DNA of 21,272 nucleotides from the NCBI GenBank assembly GCA_028713935.1, contig JAQTNI010000021.1, positions 1 through 21,272 on the forward strand, in the 5' to 3' direction. The notes below the pieces were generated by a model that saw nothing but the letters and a program-made list of their open reading frames with translations, had not been told where the DNA came from and ran no database searches. Positions 13,770-21,272 of this stretch are shown piece by piece. Position 1 is the first letter of the stretch. Each line of letters opens with the position of its first letter. Both the position numbers and the translations under genes were made by a program. Source of the stretch: Candidatus Iainarchaeum sp. (GTDB taxonomy: Archaea > Iainarchaeota > Iainarchaeia > Iainarchaeales > GCA-2688035).

Positions 13770-16043
13770 ATGGACAAAAAAATAATTCTGGCACTTGCCC
13801 TGATTATTTTCTTTTCAATCAATGCCTTTGCACTGGAGTCCTGCCCAAAAGAAATTAATTATTGGTATGAGCTAGAAAAAGAAACTTTTGTTGCAGACAA
13901 GATAACTGCTTTTGGGTACCCTCCCAATGTATTGGCTTACACCAATAATGGCAACTGCTGCGGAATGAATCAGAATGAAGTCAGAAGAATTAAAGCAGTT
14001 TATGGCATAAGAACTGCTTCCAATAGTGAAGAAGCCTGGAACTCAACACTGTTAAAAATCACAATGTTAAAGCACAACAAGGACAAATTATTGCAGGAAA
14101 GAGGTTATACAATTGACAATGACACCTGGGATTTCAAATTTGAATTGATAAAGCCGGATGGAACAGTGTTAAGCACTGTTCAAAAGGAAATCTGGGAAAG
14201 CTCTAACACTGCAATAAATGCAGGGAGAACCTCGCTGGACATTTCAATGCCTGACGGCACACTTGTTTTTCATGTTACATTAGACCTTGATGAAGACAAT
14301 GGCCTTTTAAATGGCGGCCAATTGGACAAAATTTATGTTGAAGCAAAGCAGGACATAATGCAATTAATGAAAACCCTGGCAAATGATAACAGCGCAACGT
14401 GCATTGGCAGCGGCTGCGGTTTTGGTGAAAAGGATTCAGAATTAAACCCTGATGAAACATGCCCAAAAGAATTGAAATATATTTTCAAACAAGGAAAATT
14501 CTTAGGCATAAACAGTGAAAACACTTCCAAATATTCTAGTGAAAACTCTATTCTTTACACTGCCCCGCATTCTAACTGGGTCGGTGAAACAAGCGGTTGT
14601 TTCCTAAGCAAAGGCCAGGCAATGACAGTGAATTCAGTGTATCTTGAAATGTCTCCAAGCAACACGCCAAGAAAAGTAAAGACTTCTTTGCTGAAAATCA
14701 CAATGAAAGACACTCACATTGACAAATTGAGCTCTGGCAGTGACAATGACACCTGGGATTTTGATTTTGAATTATTAAATGGCAGTGGCGCTGCGATAAA
14801 AAAAGATTCTGCTGAAATCTGGGAATATTCAAGTTCAGCAGAAGCAGCTGACAAAACAAAGCTGGATATTGCAATGCCTGATGGCACTCCTGTTTTTCAT
14901 GTAGCACTGAACATGGATTCGGATGCAATCCACGATGGCCAATTGGACAAAATTTATGTTGAAGCAAAGCCAAGTGTGGAAACAGTAATGCAAAAACTTG
15001 CAGGAGCAGAGCCTGGCAGCGGCACTTGCCCAGTTGGCCCGATTGCGGATGCTAAAATAGACGGTATTCCTGTTGGCGGGAGCAAATTCAAAATGTGCAA
15101 ATTCAGCCCTGGGGATTTATTCGGGAATCTTTTCAATGCAGATGGCTCCAAATACAAAGCAACTCCGATTTTTAAGTTAGGCAATAATATAGGAGTTTTT
15201 GTGCCTCCAAACCCACAGCAAATTTGCATGAAAGACCAGGCCCCTTCCACAATATTCTGGTCAACAAGCGACAAGGAAACTACAAAGTGCTATTCGGGGG
15301 ATGAATTAAGCGAAGAGCAAAAAAACATTTTGAAAGAAGCCTTTAATGGCTTTTACAATGTTTTTCCGGGCGGTGTCGTTGAGAAATACTTAAAATCTGT
15401 TTTTGCAGCAAAAAATGCAAAGTCAATTGCTGCAGGCGGCACACACGATAGTGGTTTTAATGGCATGACAATTGAAATGGATGCATTCCTTTATTCTGCC
15501 AAAGAAGGCTGCCTGAATCAAACAGATGCAAAACAAACTGCGATTCATGAATTTACACACTTAATGGATTTCCACAATTGCTTTATTTTCAGTGAAGCTG
15601 ATGAGAAAGGCAACGATGGAAAATGGAAATTTTCAGGCTCAATGGAAAAAGAATGGTCCAAAATCACGCCTTACACGGATTATTTGGGCAAGAATTATAA
15701 CACAGTAAGCACTGAAAAGGACGGTTTTATTCCCTATGAAATTTCCACCTATGTGAGATCTGATGCTTCTGAAGACCTCGCCGAAACCACAGCCTACCTG
15801 CTGATGAACAATGAGGACACAAAATTAATTTCTGAAAAGGCAATAGGAGACAGCAAGCTCAAGCAGAAGATTCTGCTTATCGAAAAAATTTGGTCGGATG
15901 CCACGAACGGAGCAATGAACCATGATTGGTGGTGCGGGAACATTGACAAGCTTGATGTTGATTGTTCAGTGCCTGCGAAAAACATGAATGAGGCAATCCA
16001 GAAGATTAACAATAAGCTATTGAAGAGCCTTGGGGCAAATTAA
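13770..16043 (+). CDS. secreted zinc metalloprotease (HExxH, gluzincin-like) with two tandem N-terminal modules I could not assign to a known family
   Basis: Signal peptide MDKKIILALALIIFFSINAFA and no C-terminal TM. HEFTH lies at nt 15546-15560 and a downstream SEDLAETTAY (E-x-x-A-E type third-ligand motif) at 15771-15785. Two modules of about 207 aa each start with CPKE and end with GQLDKIYVEAK. Confidence 0.8.
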   Translation: MDKKIILALALIIFFSINAFALESCPKEINYWYELEKETFVADKITAFGYPPNVLAYTNNGNCCGMNQNEVRRIKAVYGIRTASNSEEAWNSTLLKITMLKHNKDKLLQERGYTIDNDTWDFKFELIKPDGTVLSTVQKEIWESSNTAINAGRTSLDISMPDGTLVFHVTLDLDEDNGLLNGGQLDKIYVEAKQDIMQLMKTLANDNSATCIGSGCGFGEKDSELNPDETCPKELKYIFKQGKFLGINSENTSKYSSENSILYTAPHSNWVGETSGCFLSKGQAMTVNSVYLEMSPSNTPRKVKTSLLKITMKDTHIDKLSSGSDNDTWDFDFELLNGSGAAIKKDSAEIWEYSSSAEAADKTKLDIAMPDGTPVFHVALNMDSDAIHDGQLDKIYVEAKPSVETVMQKLAGAEPGSGTCPVGPIADAKIDGIPVGGSKFKMCKFSPGDLFGNLFNADGSKYKATPIFKLGNNIGVFVPPNPQQICMKDQAPSTIFWSTSDKETTKCYSGDELSEEQKNILKEAFNGFYNVFPGGVVEKYLKSVFAAKNAKSIAAGGTHDSGFNGMTIEMDAFLYSAKEGCLNQTDAKQTAIHEFTHLMDFHNCFIFSEADEKGNDGKWKFSGSMEKEWSKITPYTDYLGKNYNTVSTEKDGFIPYEISTYVRSDASEDLAETTAYLLMNNEDTKLISEKAIGDSKLKQKILLIEKIWSDATNGAMNHDWWCGNIDKLDVDCSVPAKNMNEAIQKINNKLLKSLGAN
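13842..14970 (+). repeat. intragenic tandem duplication (period about 620 nt) inside the metalloprotease gene
   Basis: A 34-nt perfect repeat, ggccaattggacaaaatttatgttgaagcaaagc, occurs at 14316-14349 and 14937-14970 (offset 621 nt, 207 codons). Further near-identical stretches encode NDTWDF and MPDGT.VFHV. Confidence 0.85.
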
Positions 16044-16047
16044 AAAG

Positions 16048-16227
16048 TTATTTTCTTTTTTTTATTGGTGCGCTTTCATAGCAACAGTTTCTGCAGCAAC
16101 TGCTTTCCAGTTCTTTAAAATGGCCTTGTGAAACTGCAACCTTTGCTGAACCCCATTTTGCAAGAGGGGAAAGAGGCTCTTTTTCCTGTTTTTCCGCAAG
16201 TTTATTCATAAGAGCAATTTTTTGCAT
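16048..16227 (-). CDS. small Cys-rich ORF (59 aa), possibly coupled to the surface-protein operon
   Basis: MQKIALMNKLAEKQEKEPLSPLAKWGSAKVAVSQGHFKELESSCCRNCCYESAPIKKRK. Its ATG overlaps the TAA of the 752-aa gene (TAATG at 16225-16229). It falls below the ORF-track cutoff and has no homology that I recognise. Confidence 0.35.
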   Translation of the reverse strand: MQKIALMNKLAEKQEKEPLSPLAKWGSAKVAVSQGHFKELESSCCRNCCYESAPIKKRK

Positions 16228-18485
16228 TATTTTCTTTTTTTTGCTTTTTTCTTTGGCCTTGATTTTATTTTTTTTGTTATTTCTTCAAGGCTTTTTGCTT
16301 TTGCGCCTGTGCTTTCCTCTTCAGGGGCTTTCCAATAAGATTCAATTTTTTCCTCTTTGTCTTCTTCTTTGGAAAAGGTTCCCCTGCTTTTTAGGATGAT
16401 TACTATTGCAAGGACAATCACTATTGCAATCAATACGACCATGGCGAGGTCTTTTACGCTTGCCGTTGGAATCCATCCGAAAATCGGCACCTGCTGTTTT
16501 TTCTGGGCATTAAGGTCAATCTGTATGTCCCTTACTATTTCGCCTTTGTCAGTAAAGATTCTTATTGGCACAGTGAATTGTGTTTCATTGAAATCCTTGC
16601 CAAGGAAAAGAGTCATTTTTGCCTGCAATTCTTCTTCGGGTGCAAGGCTTTTTTCTGAAAAGTCAAATTTTGCATTATAACCAAATGCATTCAGGTCTGT
16701 TATTTTTACAATGGAATTTGAATCGTTTTTTATTGAAATGCCAATCTCAACTGTTTTTTCCACTGCCTGTGTAACATTTCCCAGCTCTCCGGAAGCCGAA
16801 ACGTCTGCCTTGCCGATTGCGCCATAAAGCCCGCCGTAAACATTTGCAATTATTTCTTTTGATTCTGAAAAGTGCTGTGCTGAAATTGAGAGTTTTGCAT
16901 TGTAAGGGGAATTTTTTGTGTCATAAGGCGGGTCAAAGTAAAGGTAAATTTCTTTTTCCTGGCCTGCTTCCAAGCCAAAGGAGCCTGGCTGGAAATAAAC
17001 CCAGTTTTCTCCTGCAACATCTGCATTCACAGTGGTTTTTTTTGTCCCAGTGTTTTTTATTTTTACTGTGAAAGGATTTGCCTTGTTGCCTTTTGAATCA
17101 GAGGCATTGACATCAATTGAATTGTTCAGGCCGTCATAATCCACAAGCAGTGCATAGCAGGCAATTGCCCTGAAGGAAAATTTTTCTTTTGTTGAAAAAT
17201 AATTTGAGCTGATTGCCAGTTCAAAGTTTTTGTCCCCCGCGGTTTCGTTTGCAAGGCTGATTGTTGCCTTAAAAACCTGTTTTTGACCTGGCTGGATTGT
17301 TGCAGTGGCAGGTGTTGCCTGTGCAGTTATTCCCGTAAGGGAAAGGCTAACGTCAATTGGCTCTGCCTTGCTGTTAAATAATTCAAATTCGTAAACAAGC
17401 TGCTCTTCAATGCAGGCTTCTGGCACTGCTGTTTCCTGGCCATTTGCCTTTACGCTTGAAATTGCAACTCCATAACAATCCTGCAATTGCACTGAAAATT
17501 CTTGCTCAGTATCTTTGCCAAAGAGTTTTGAATGGGCAACAATTACAAATGGGTATTCTTTTGCTGTTGAATCTGTTTTTTTGAAGGAAACGTCAATTGT
17601 TTTTTCTTCCCCTGAATTCAGGTCAAGCGCGGCCTGGCTGATTGAGGCCCATGGCAGGCCTGAAACGCTTAATTCAAGAGAATCCGCTAACCTGCCGGAA
17701 TTTTTTATTTTTATTTGTGCAGTTGTTTCCTTGTCCTTGCAGGATTTAAGCGGGTTTGCTGAAATAATTGTTTGCTGTGCATCGGCAATTTTCAATGCAA
17801 GGCTTTTCTGGGCAACAAAATTTATGCTCTGGATTGTTGCCTGCACACTAAAAGGGTATTCTTTTGCCTGTGCAGAGCAGGCAGGCTTTAATTTCACAAG
17901 AACCTGTTTTGAATGGTTTTTTTCAAGCAAAAAAGCGTCTTTTGAATAGTCAAGCCATTGGTCTGGCAGGCCTTTTATGAAAAAGGAAACAAGCTCGTCG
18001 CTTCTCCCAGTGTTTGCAATTGTTGCAGTAAAATTTTTTTGTTCACACTGCCTCAATTCAAAGGAAGCTGCATTGACATCAATTGAAACAGACCTGCTTG
18101 GCCTTACTGTAACGGAAATTATTTGTGAAAAGCTTTCCGATGCGCCTGCAAATTGCAGTGTTATTTCGTAATTTCCAGGCTGTGTATAACAGCTCTGTGG
18201 TTTTATGAAAGCATAAAGATTTTTTGCTTCGCCTGAAGCGAGTGTGATTTCAAGGGCTTCTTTTCCAACCCATTTTCCATTCAGGTTTATCCAGTCCTTG
18301 TTTTCTCCGACAGAACTAATCCTGAATGTTTGGCCCTGTGCAGAATCATTGTTCAGGGAAAAAACAGCCTGGGCAGGAGAAAGGCAGTCAACTGAAACAG
18401 AAAAATTTCCCGTCACTGCGGATGCATTTGCAGCCGCAAGCAAAAACAAAAAGATTATTGCTGAAAAAATTATTTTTGAATTCAT
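16227..18485 (-). CDS. type-I anchored surface protein with about 6 CARDB/NEW3-like beta-sandwich repeats
   Basis: Signal peptide MNSKIIFSAIIFLFLLAAANASA and C-terminal TM LAMVVLIAIVIVLAIVIIL followed by a Lys-rich tail. Recurrent module: C..(F/T)..I.N.G... GLP... G(E/Q)EK... (E/N)Y.F.V. Many N-x-S/T sequons. Confidence 0.8.
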   Translation of the reverse strand: MNSKIIFSAIIFLFLLAAANASAVTGNFSVSVDCLSPAQAVFSLNNDSAQGQTFRISSVGENKDWINLNGKWVGKEALEITLASGEAKNLYAFIKPQSCYTQPGNYEITLQFAGASESFSQIISVTVRPSRSVSIDVNAASFELRQCEQKNFTATIANTGRSDELVSFFIKGLPDQWLDYSKDAFLLEKNHSKQVLVKLKPACSAQAKEYPFSVQATIQSINFVAQKSLALKIADAQQTIISANPLKSCKDKETTAQIKIKNSGRLADSLELSVSGLPWASISQAALDLNSGEEKTIDVSFKKTDSTAKEYPFVIVAHSKLFGKDTEQEFSVQLQDCYGVAISSVKANGQETAVPEACIEEQLVYEFELFNSKAEPIDVSLSLTGITAQATPATATIQPGQKQVFKATISLANETAGDKNFELAISSNYFSTKEKFSFRAIACYALLVDYDGLNNSIDVNASDSKGNKANPFTVKIKNTGTKKTTVNADVAGENWVYFQPGSFGLEAGQEKEIYLYFDPPYDTKNSPYNAKLSISAQHFSESKEIIANVYGGLYGAIGKADVSASGELGNVTQAVEKTVEIGISIKNDSNSIVKITDLNAFGYNAKFDFSEKSLAPEEELQAKMTLFLGKDFNETQFTVPIRIFTDKGEIVRDIQIDLNAQKKQQVPIFGWIPTASVKDLAMVVLIAIVIVLAIVIILKSRGTFSKEEDKEEKIESYWKAPEEESTGAKAKSLEEITKKIKSRPKKKAKKRK

Positions 18486-20344
18486 TTTCTGTCCCCCACT
18501 TTTTCTATAAGCAGTGTTTTTTCCTGCTTTGAAACAACAATGCCAGTAATTGCTATCAGGAGCAATAGGGCAATTATCAGCAATGCAAGGCCAATAGCAA
18601 GGCCTCCGCCCATTGAAAGGAAGCCAACTGAAAACAGGCCTGAAATAAAGCCCTGGTTTTCCTGCTCTGGCTCCTGGGCAGCGCTTGCAATAATTATTTC
18701 AAATTCCCTTGTTTTTATAGAATTATCCTTTTTGACTTCAATAACCGCATTGTATCTTCCTGCTGGAATTTTTCCGATTGTAAGATTGAGAGTTACATTC
18801 CTTGTGTCTGAAGGATAAATTTCAATGCCTCTCGCTGAGCTTGCAGTGATTGCGGATGGAAGGCCTTTGATTGAAACATCAATTCCTTCAAGGGCTTCGC
18901 TTGAATTGTTCCTCAGTTTTATTGAAACTGAACTCTGGGAATTTTCAGTTGCCTGAATCTGCAATGGGGCGCTTTCAATTGACAATTCATCCTCAACTGT
19001 TTCTGGGGCTTTTTCAAGCACCTTGAAAACAGCCTTGTTCTGGAAAGTCTTGCTGCCAATTCTTGTCATCACATTCAAATCGTAATTTCCAAGGTTTGCA
19101 TCAGGTGAAACTGAAACAAAAAGATAAACCTCTTTTTCCTGTCCTGAAGTCAGGGAAAAATTGTTGTCTGAAAATCTTGCGCTTATTCCTGAAGGAATTT
19201 TTGGAATGTCAAACCTTACTGTGTGGTTTGTGTCGCCAATGTTTTTCACAAGGAAAACAAAAGAATCGCTTTCGCATCTCCTGATTGAAAGATTGTTGTT
19301 TAAGAGTGAAACATCAAAAATTGAGGTTGCATTGACCCTAATGCACTTTTTTTTCTCTATTCTCTGGTTTTCATTCCAAACAATCAAATTCGCATTATGG
19401 TCGCCTTTTGAATCTGATGCCCTTGGGGAAAGCTCAAAGAAAAAGTCCCTTTCCTCTCCTGAAGACAAAGTTGCTGAAGTTGCGCTGATTGAATTCGGCA
19501 AGTCACTGAGAATATTCATGCTTATTGCCTGGTCTTTGCCAGTAAGGTTTTTGACTGAAAAATAAAATTTTCCTGTTTTTTCCTTTTCAATTGCTGTGCA
19601 GCTTGAATCAAGGGTAACAAGGAAAGCAGAGCCAAGATTTCCCTCGCAGTCCTTTACATTTATAAAAGCTGTTTTTTTGATGTAATCAAGGCCTGTTGTT
19701 GCATAAATGCTCACGCTGTTTGGCCCTGTTGCAGTTGCGTTGCTTGTGTGCACAAAAAGCTTTACATATTTTTCCTGGAAAGCGTCAAGAAAAATTTCTT
19801 CCTGCTCAAAAGCAGGCAGCAATGATTCATTCTCTGCATTAAGGTGAACCTTTGTAAAAAAAGGAGTTTTGTTTCTCACAAGGACATTGACAAACCCTTC
19901 AGAATCCCTGCAGATGTCTGTTTCAAAAGGGATTATTTCAATTGATTCATTGTCCCCAACAGTAATTCTGGCAATTGCAACATTGAAAGAATTGCCATTG
20001 ACTTTAACGATTATTGCCTCAACGAAATCCGCTTTTGGCGCGTCTGTTGTCTGGAAGCTTGCCGCAATTTCTGTCCTTTCCCCTGCATTAAGGCAGAAGC
20101 TTGTTTGGGGAAAAGAAGCTGAAATATAAGGCGAAGAATCAAAAGCCATTAGTTCAATGCATTTTCTTTCATTTGAATTATTAATGAAAGTATAAGCAAC
20201 CCCAACAGTGTCATTGCGACCCATGAAAATTGTTTCGTTCTGCGGAACAATATCTATTCCGCCAAAAACCAGTGCGGAGGCCTGTGAAGCAAAAGCCAGG
20301 ATAAAGAAAAATGCAAGCAAGCTGAAAAATTGTTTTGTTTTCAA
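18482..20344 (-). CDS. type-I anchored surface protein with about 5 CARDB/NEW3-like beta-sandwich repeats
   Basis: Signal peptide MKTKQFFSLLAFFFILAFASQASA and C-terminal TM GLAIGLALLIIALLLLIAITGIVV. Modules include FLVKNIGDTNHT and IKLRNNSSEALEG..GLPSAI. TTG start preceded by AAGGTGG (20349-20355). Its stop overlaps the next start (ATGA). Confidence 0.8.
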   Translation of the reverse strand: MKTKQFFSLLAFFFILAFASQASALVFGGIDIVPQNETIFMGRNDTVGVAYTFINNSNERKCIELMAFDSSPYISASFPQTSFCLNAGERTEIAASFQTTDAPKADFVEAIIVKVNGNSFNVAIARITVGDNESIEIIPFETDICRDSEGFVNVLVRNKTPFFTKVHLNAENESLLPAFEQEEIFLDAFQEKYVKLFVHTSNATATGPNSVSIYATTGLDYIKKTAFINVKDCEGNLGSAFLVTLDSSCTAIEKEKTGKFYFSVKNLTGKDQAISMNILSDLPNSISATSATLSSGEERDFFFELSPRASDSKGDHNANLIVWNENQRIEKKKCIRVNATSIFDVSLLNNNLSIRRCESDSFVFLVKNIGDTNHTVRFDIPKIPSGISARFSDNNFSLTSGQEKEVYLFVSVSPDANLGNYDLNVMTRIGSKTFQNKAVFKVLEKAPETVEDELSIESAPLQIQATENSQSSVSIKLRNNSSEALEGIDVSIKGLPSAITASSARGIEIYPSDTRNVTLNLTIGKIPAGRYNAVIEVKKDNSIKTREFEIIIASAAQEPEQENQGFISGLFSVGFLSMGGGLAIGLALLIIALLLLIAITGIVVSKQEKTLLIEKVGDRK

Positions 20345-20362
20345 AAAACCACCTTAAAAAAA

Positions 20363-20926
20363 TTAATTGAGTCTCCTTACGAATCTTGCAATAAAAGCAA
20401 TGAGAAGAATTGCAGCAATAAAGGCAAGTGCAATGTTAAGCGCATTTTCGCTTCCAAAAGCAGCAAGGGAAAATAGCCCTGCAGAAATCGGGTTGCCATT
20501 GCCTGGAGGCCCTGGTGCAGGAACAGGAACAATGGTTTTCTTGAAAGAAAGCCCTATTGTCCTGATTATTTTGTCGCTTCCAAGGCTTACTATTAAAGTG
20601 CTGTCATAGGTTTTGCCAAAAAGTTCATTTGAAGGAAAAATTGTAATTGCAAATTTTGCTTCCGAATAAGGGCCTATTCTTGCAGGCACATAAGGCAGAT
20701 TGGAAACTGCGGGAGAAAAAAACTTTATGTCAAGGTTTTGTTCAATGGGAGAATCGTTTGCAACAGTAATCCAGATATCCCTTGGGGAATCAAAAACAAT
20801 AATGCTGCCAGGCGCATCAACATTAAAGGCGCTGGCGCTGCCTATCAAAAAAAAGCAAAAAACCAAAGCTGAAATTAACCAAGCAATCCTTTTTGCCAAA
20901 AAACACACCCCAATATTATTCTTCAC
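20363..20926 (-). CDS. small type-I anchored surface protein (single beta-sandwich-like domain, Pro/Gly linker, C-terminal TM)
   Basis: N-terminal signal/TM AWLISALVFCFFLIGSASA, linker PVPAPGPPGNGNP, C-terminal TM ALNIALAFIAAILLIAFIA followed by RFVRR. GTG start with no obvious SD, so the start is uncertain. Confidence 0.65.
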   Translation of the reverse strand: MKNNIGVCFLAKRIAWLISALVFCFFLIGSASAFNVDAPGSIIVFDSPRDIWITVANDSPIEQNLDIKFFSPAVSNLPYVPARIGPYSEAKFAITIFPSNELFGKTYDSTLIVSLGSDKIIRTIGLSFKKTIVPVPAPGPPGNGNPISAGLFSLAAFGSENALNIALAFIAAILLIAFIARFVRRLN

Positions 20927-21119
20927 TAATTAACTGTAATGATTAACTTTAAGGTATATTATTCTCATTGGTGCAACTTTAAAAACATATCTTTTACCTG
21001 CCAGATAAACCAAAAATAGTGGAGCAGGATTTAAACTTAGAAAAAAATAGATGGTTGGATTAATTAAAACGGCAACTCAAAACAAACAAATTTAAGTAAA
21101 AGAGATAATTAAGTATACT

Positions 21120-21272
21120 ATGAAAAAAGAAATAGTAAAGGTCAAAGGAATTGTTTCCCCGCCAAATCCATTTAGCCACGTGGTAAAGGCCGGAAACTTC
21201 TTATTTCTTTCAAGCCAGTTATCTGCAGAATTGAGACAGCATAAAATTCTTGGCGGAAACATTTCTGAACAA
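21120..21272 (+). CDS. RidA/YjgF/L-PSP family protein (5' part; runs off the window)
   Basis: MKKEIVKVKGIVSPPNPFSHVVKAGNFLFLSSQLSAELRQHKILGGNISEQ matches the RidA N-terminal pattern (P..YS..VkaGn.lf.SGQl). The frame is open to the window end. Confidence 0.7.
   Translation, partial: MKKEIVKVKGIVSPPNPFSHVVKAGNFLFLSSQLSAELRQHKILGGNISEQ

Noticed and set aside
2159-16227. RiPP-like pairing of the radical SAM/SPASM enzyme with the Cys-rich 59-aa ORF
   Set aside because: The two genes are about 12.5 kb apart, with many unrelated housekeeping genes and opposing transcription units between them. Nothing supports a shared cluster.
1-21272. tRNA, rRNA, transposase, integrase or prophage features
   Set aside because: I scanned GC-rich patches and ORF translations. 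I saw no T-arm or acceptor-like sequences and no DDE, tyrosine-recombinase or serine-recombinase motifs. A covariance-model scan was not possible.

Overview
AT-rich, very tightly packed archaeal window. The archaeal call rests on a homotetramer-type tRNA-splicing endonuclease, an archaeal/eukaryotic-type TrpRS and Shine-Dalgarno-led genes. The compaction and large surface proteins suggest a small-genome DPANN-like lineage, but that is inference. I found no rRNA, tRNA, CRISPR array, transposase or integrase. Recognisable genes are hicAB, alanine dehydrogenase, a 506-aa radical SAM/SPASM enzyme with an N-terminal CxxC..CxxC site, endA, a divergent nitrilase-superfamily protein, trpS, an SDR, an SdpI-like membrane protein, a single-domain KaiC-like ATPase, a SAM methyltransferase, vapBC, trxB and a partial RidA. 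Two sub-60-aa ORFs absent from the ORF track look real or at least worth testing. One is a 58-aa DUF1931/bacterial-type histone-fold protein (4460..4636). The other is a 59-aa Cys-rich ORF coupled by TAATG to the surface-protein operon (16048..16227). The most unusual part is 13770..20926, about one third of the window. It holds a secreted HExxH zincin carrying two internally duplicated N-terminal modules I cannot assign to a family. This gene converges on a translationally coupled operon of three signal-peptide plus C-terminal-anchor multi-beta-sandwich surface proteins. Together they are a candidate cell-contact or host-interaction island. Other oddities are a palindrome-dense degenerate repeat region (9777..10088), an orphan secreted dockerin, a vapBC-methyltransferase-KaiC-SdpI gene string, and GC-rich stem-loops downstream of hicA. 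All functional calls come from motif recognition by eye; no searches were run.
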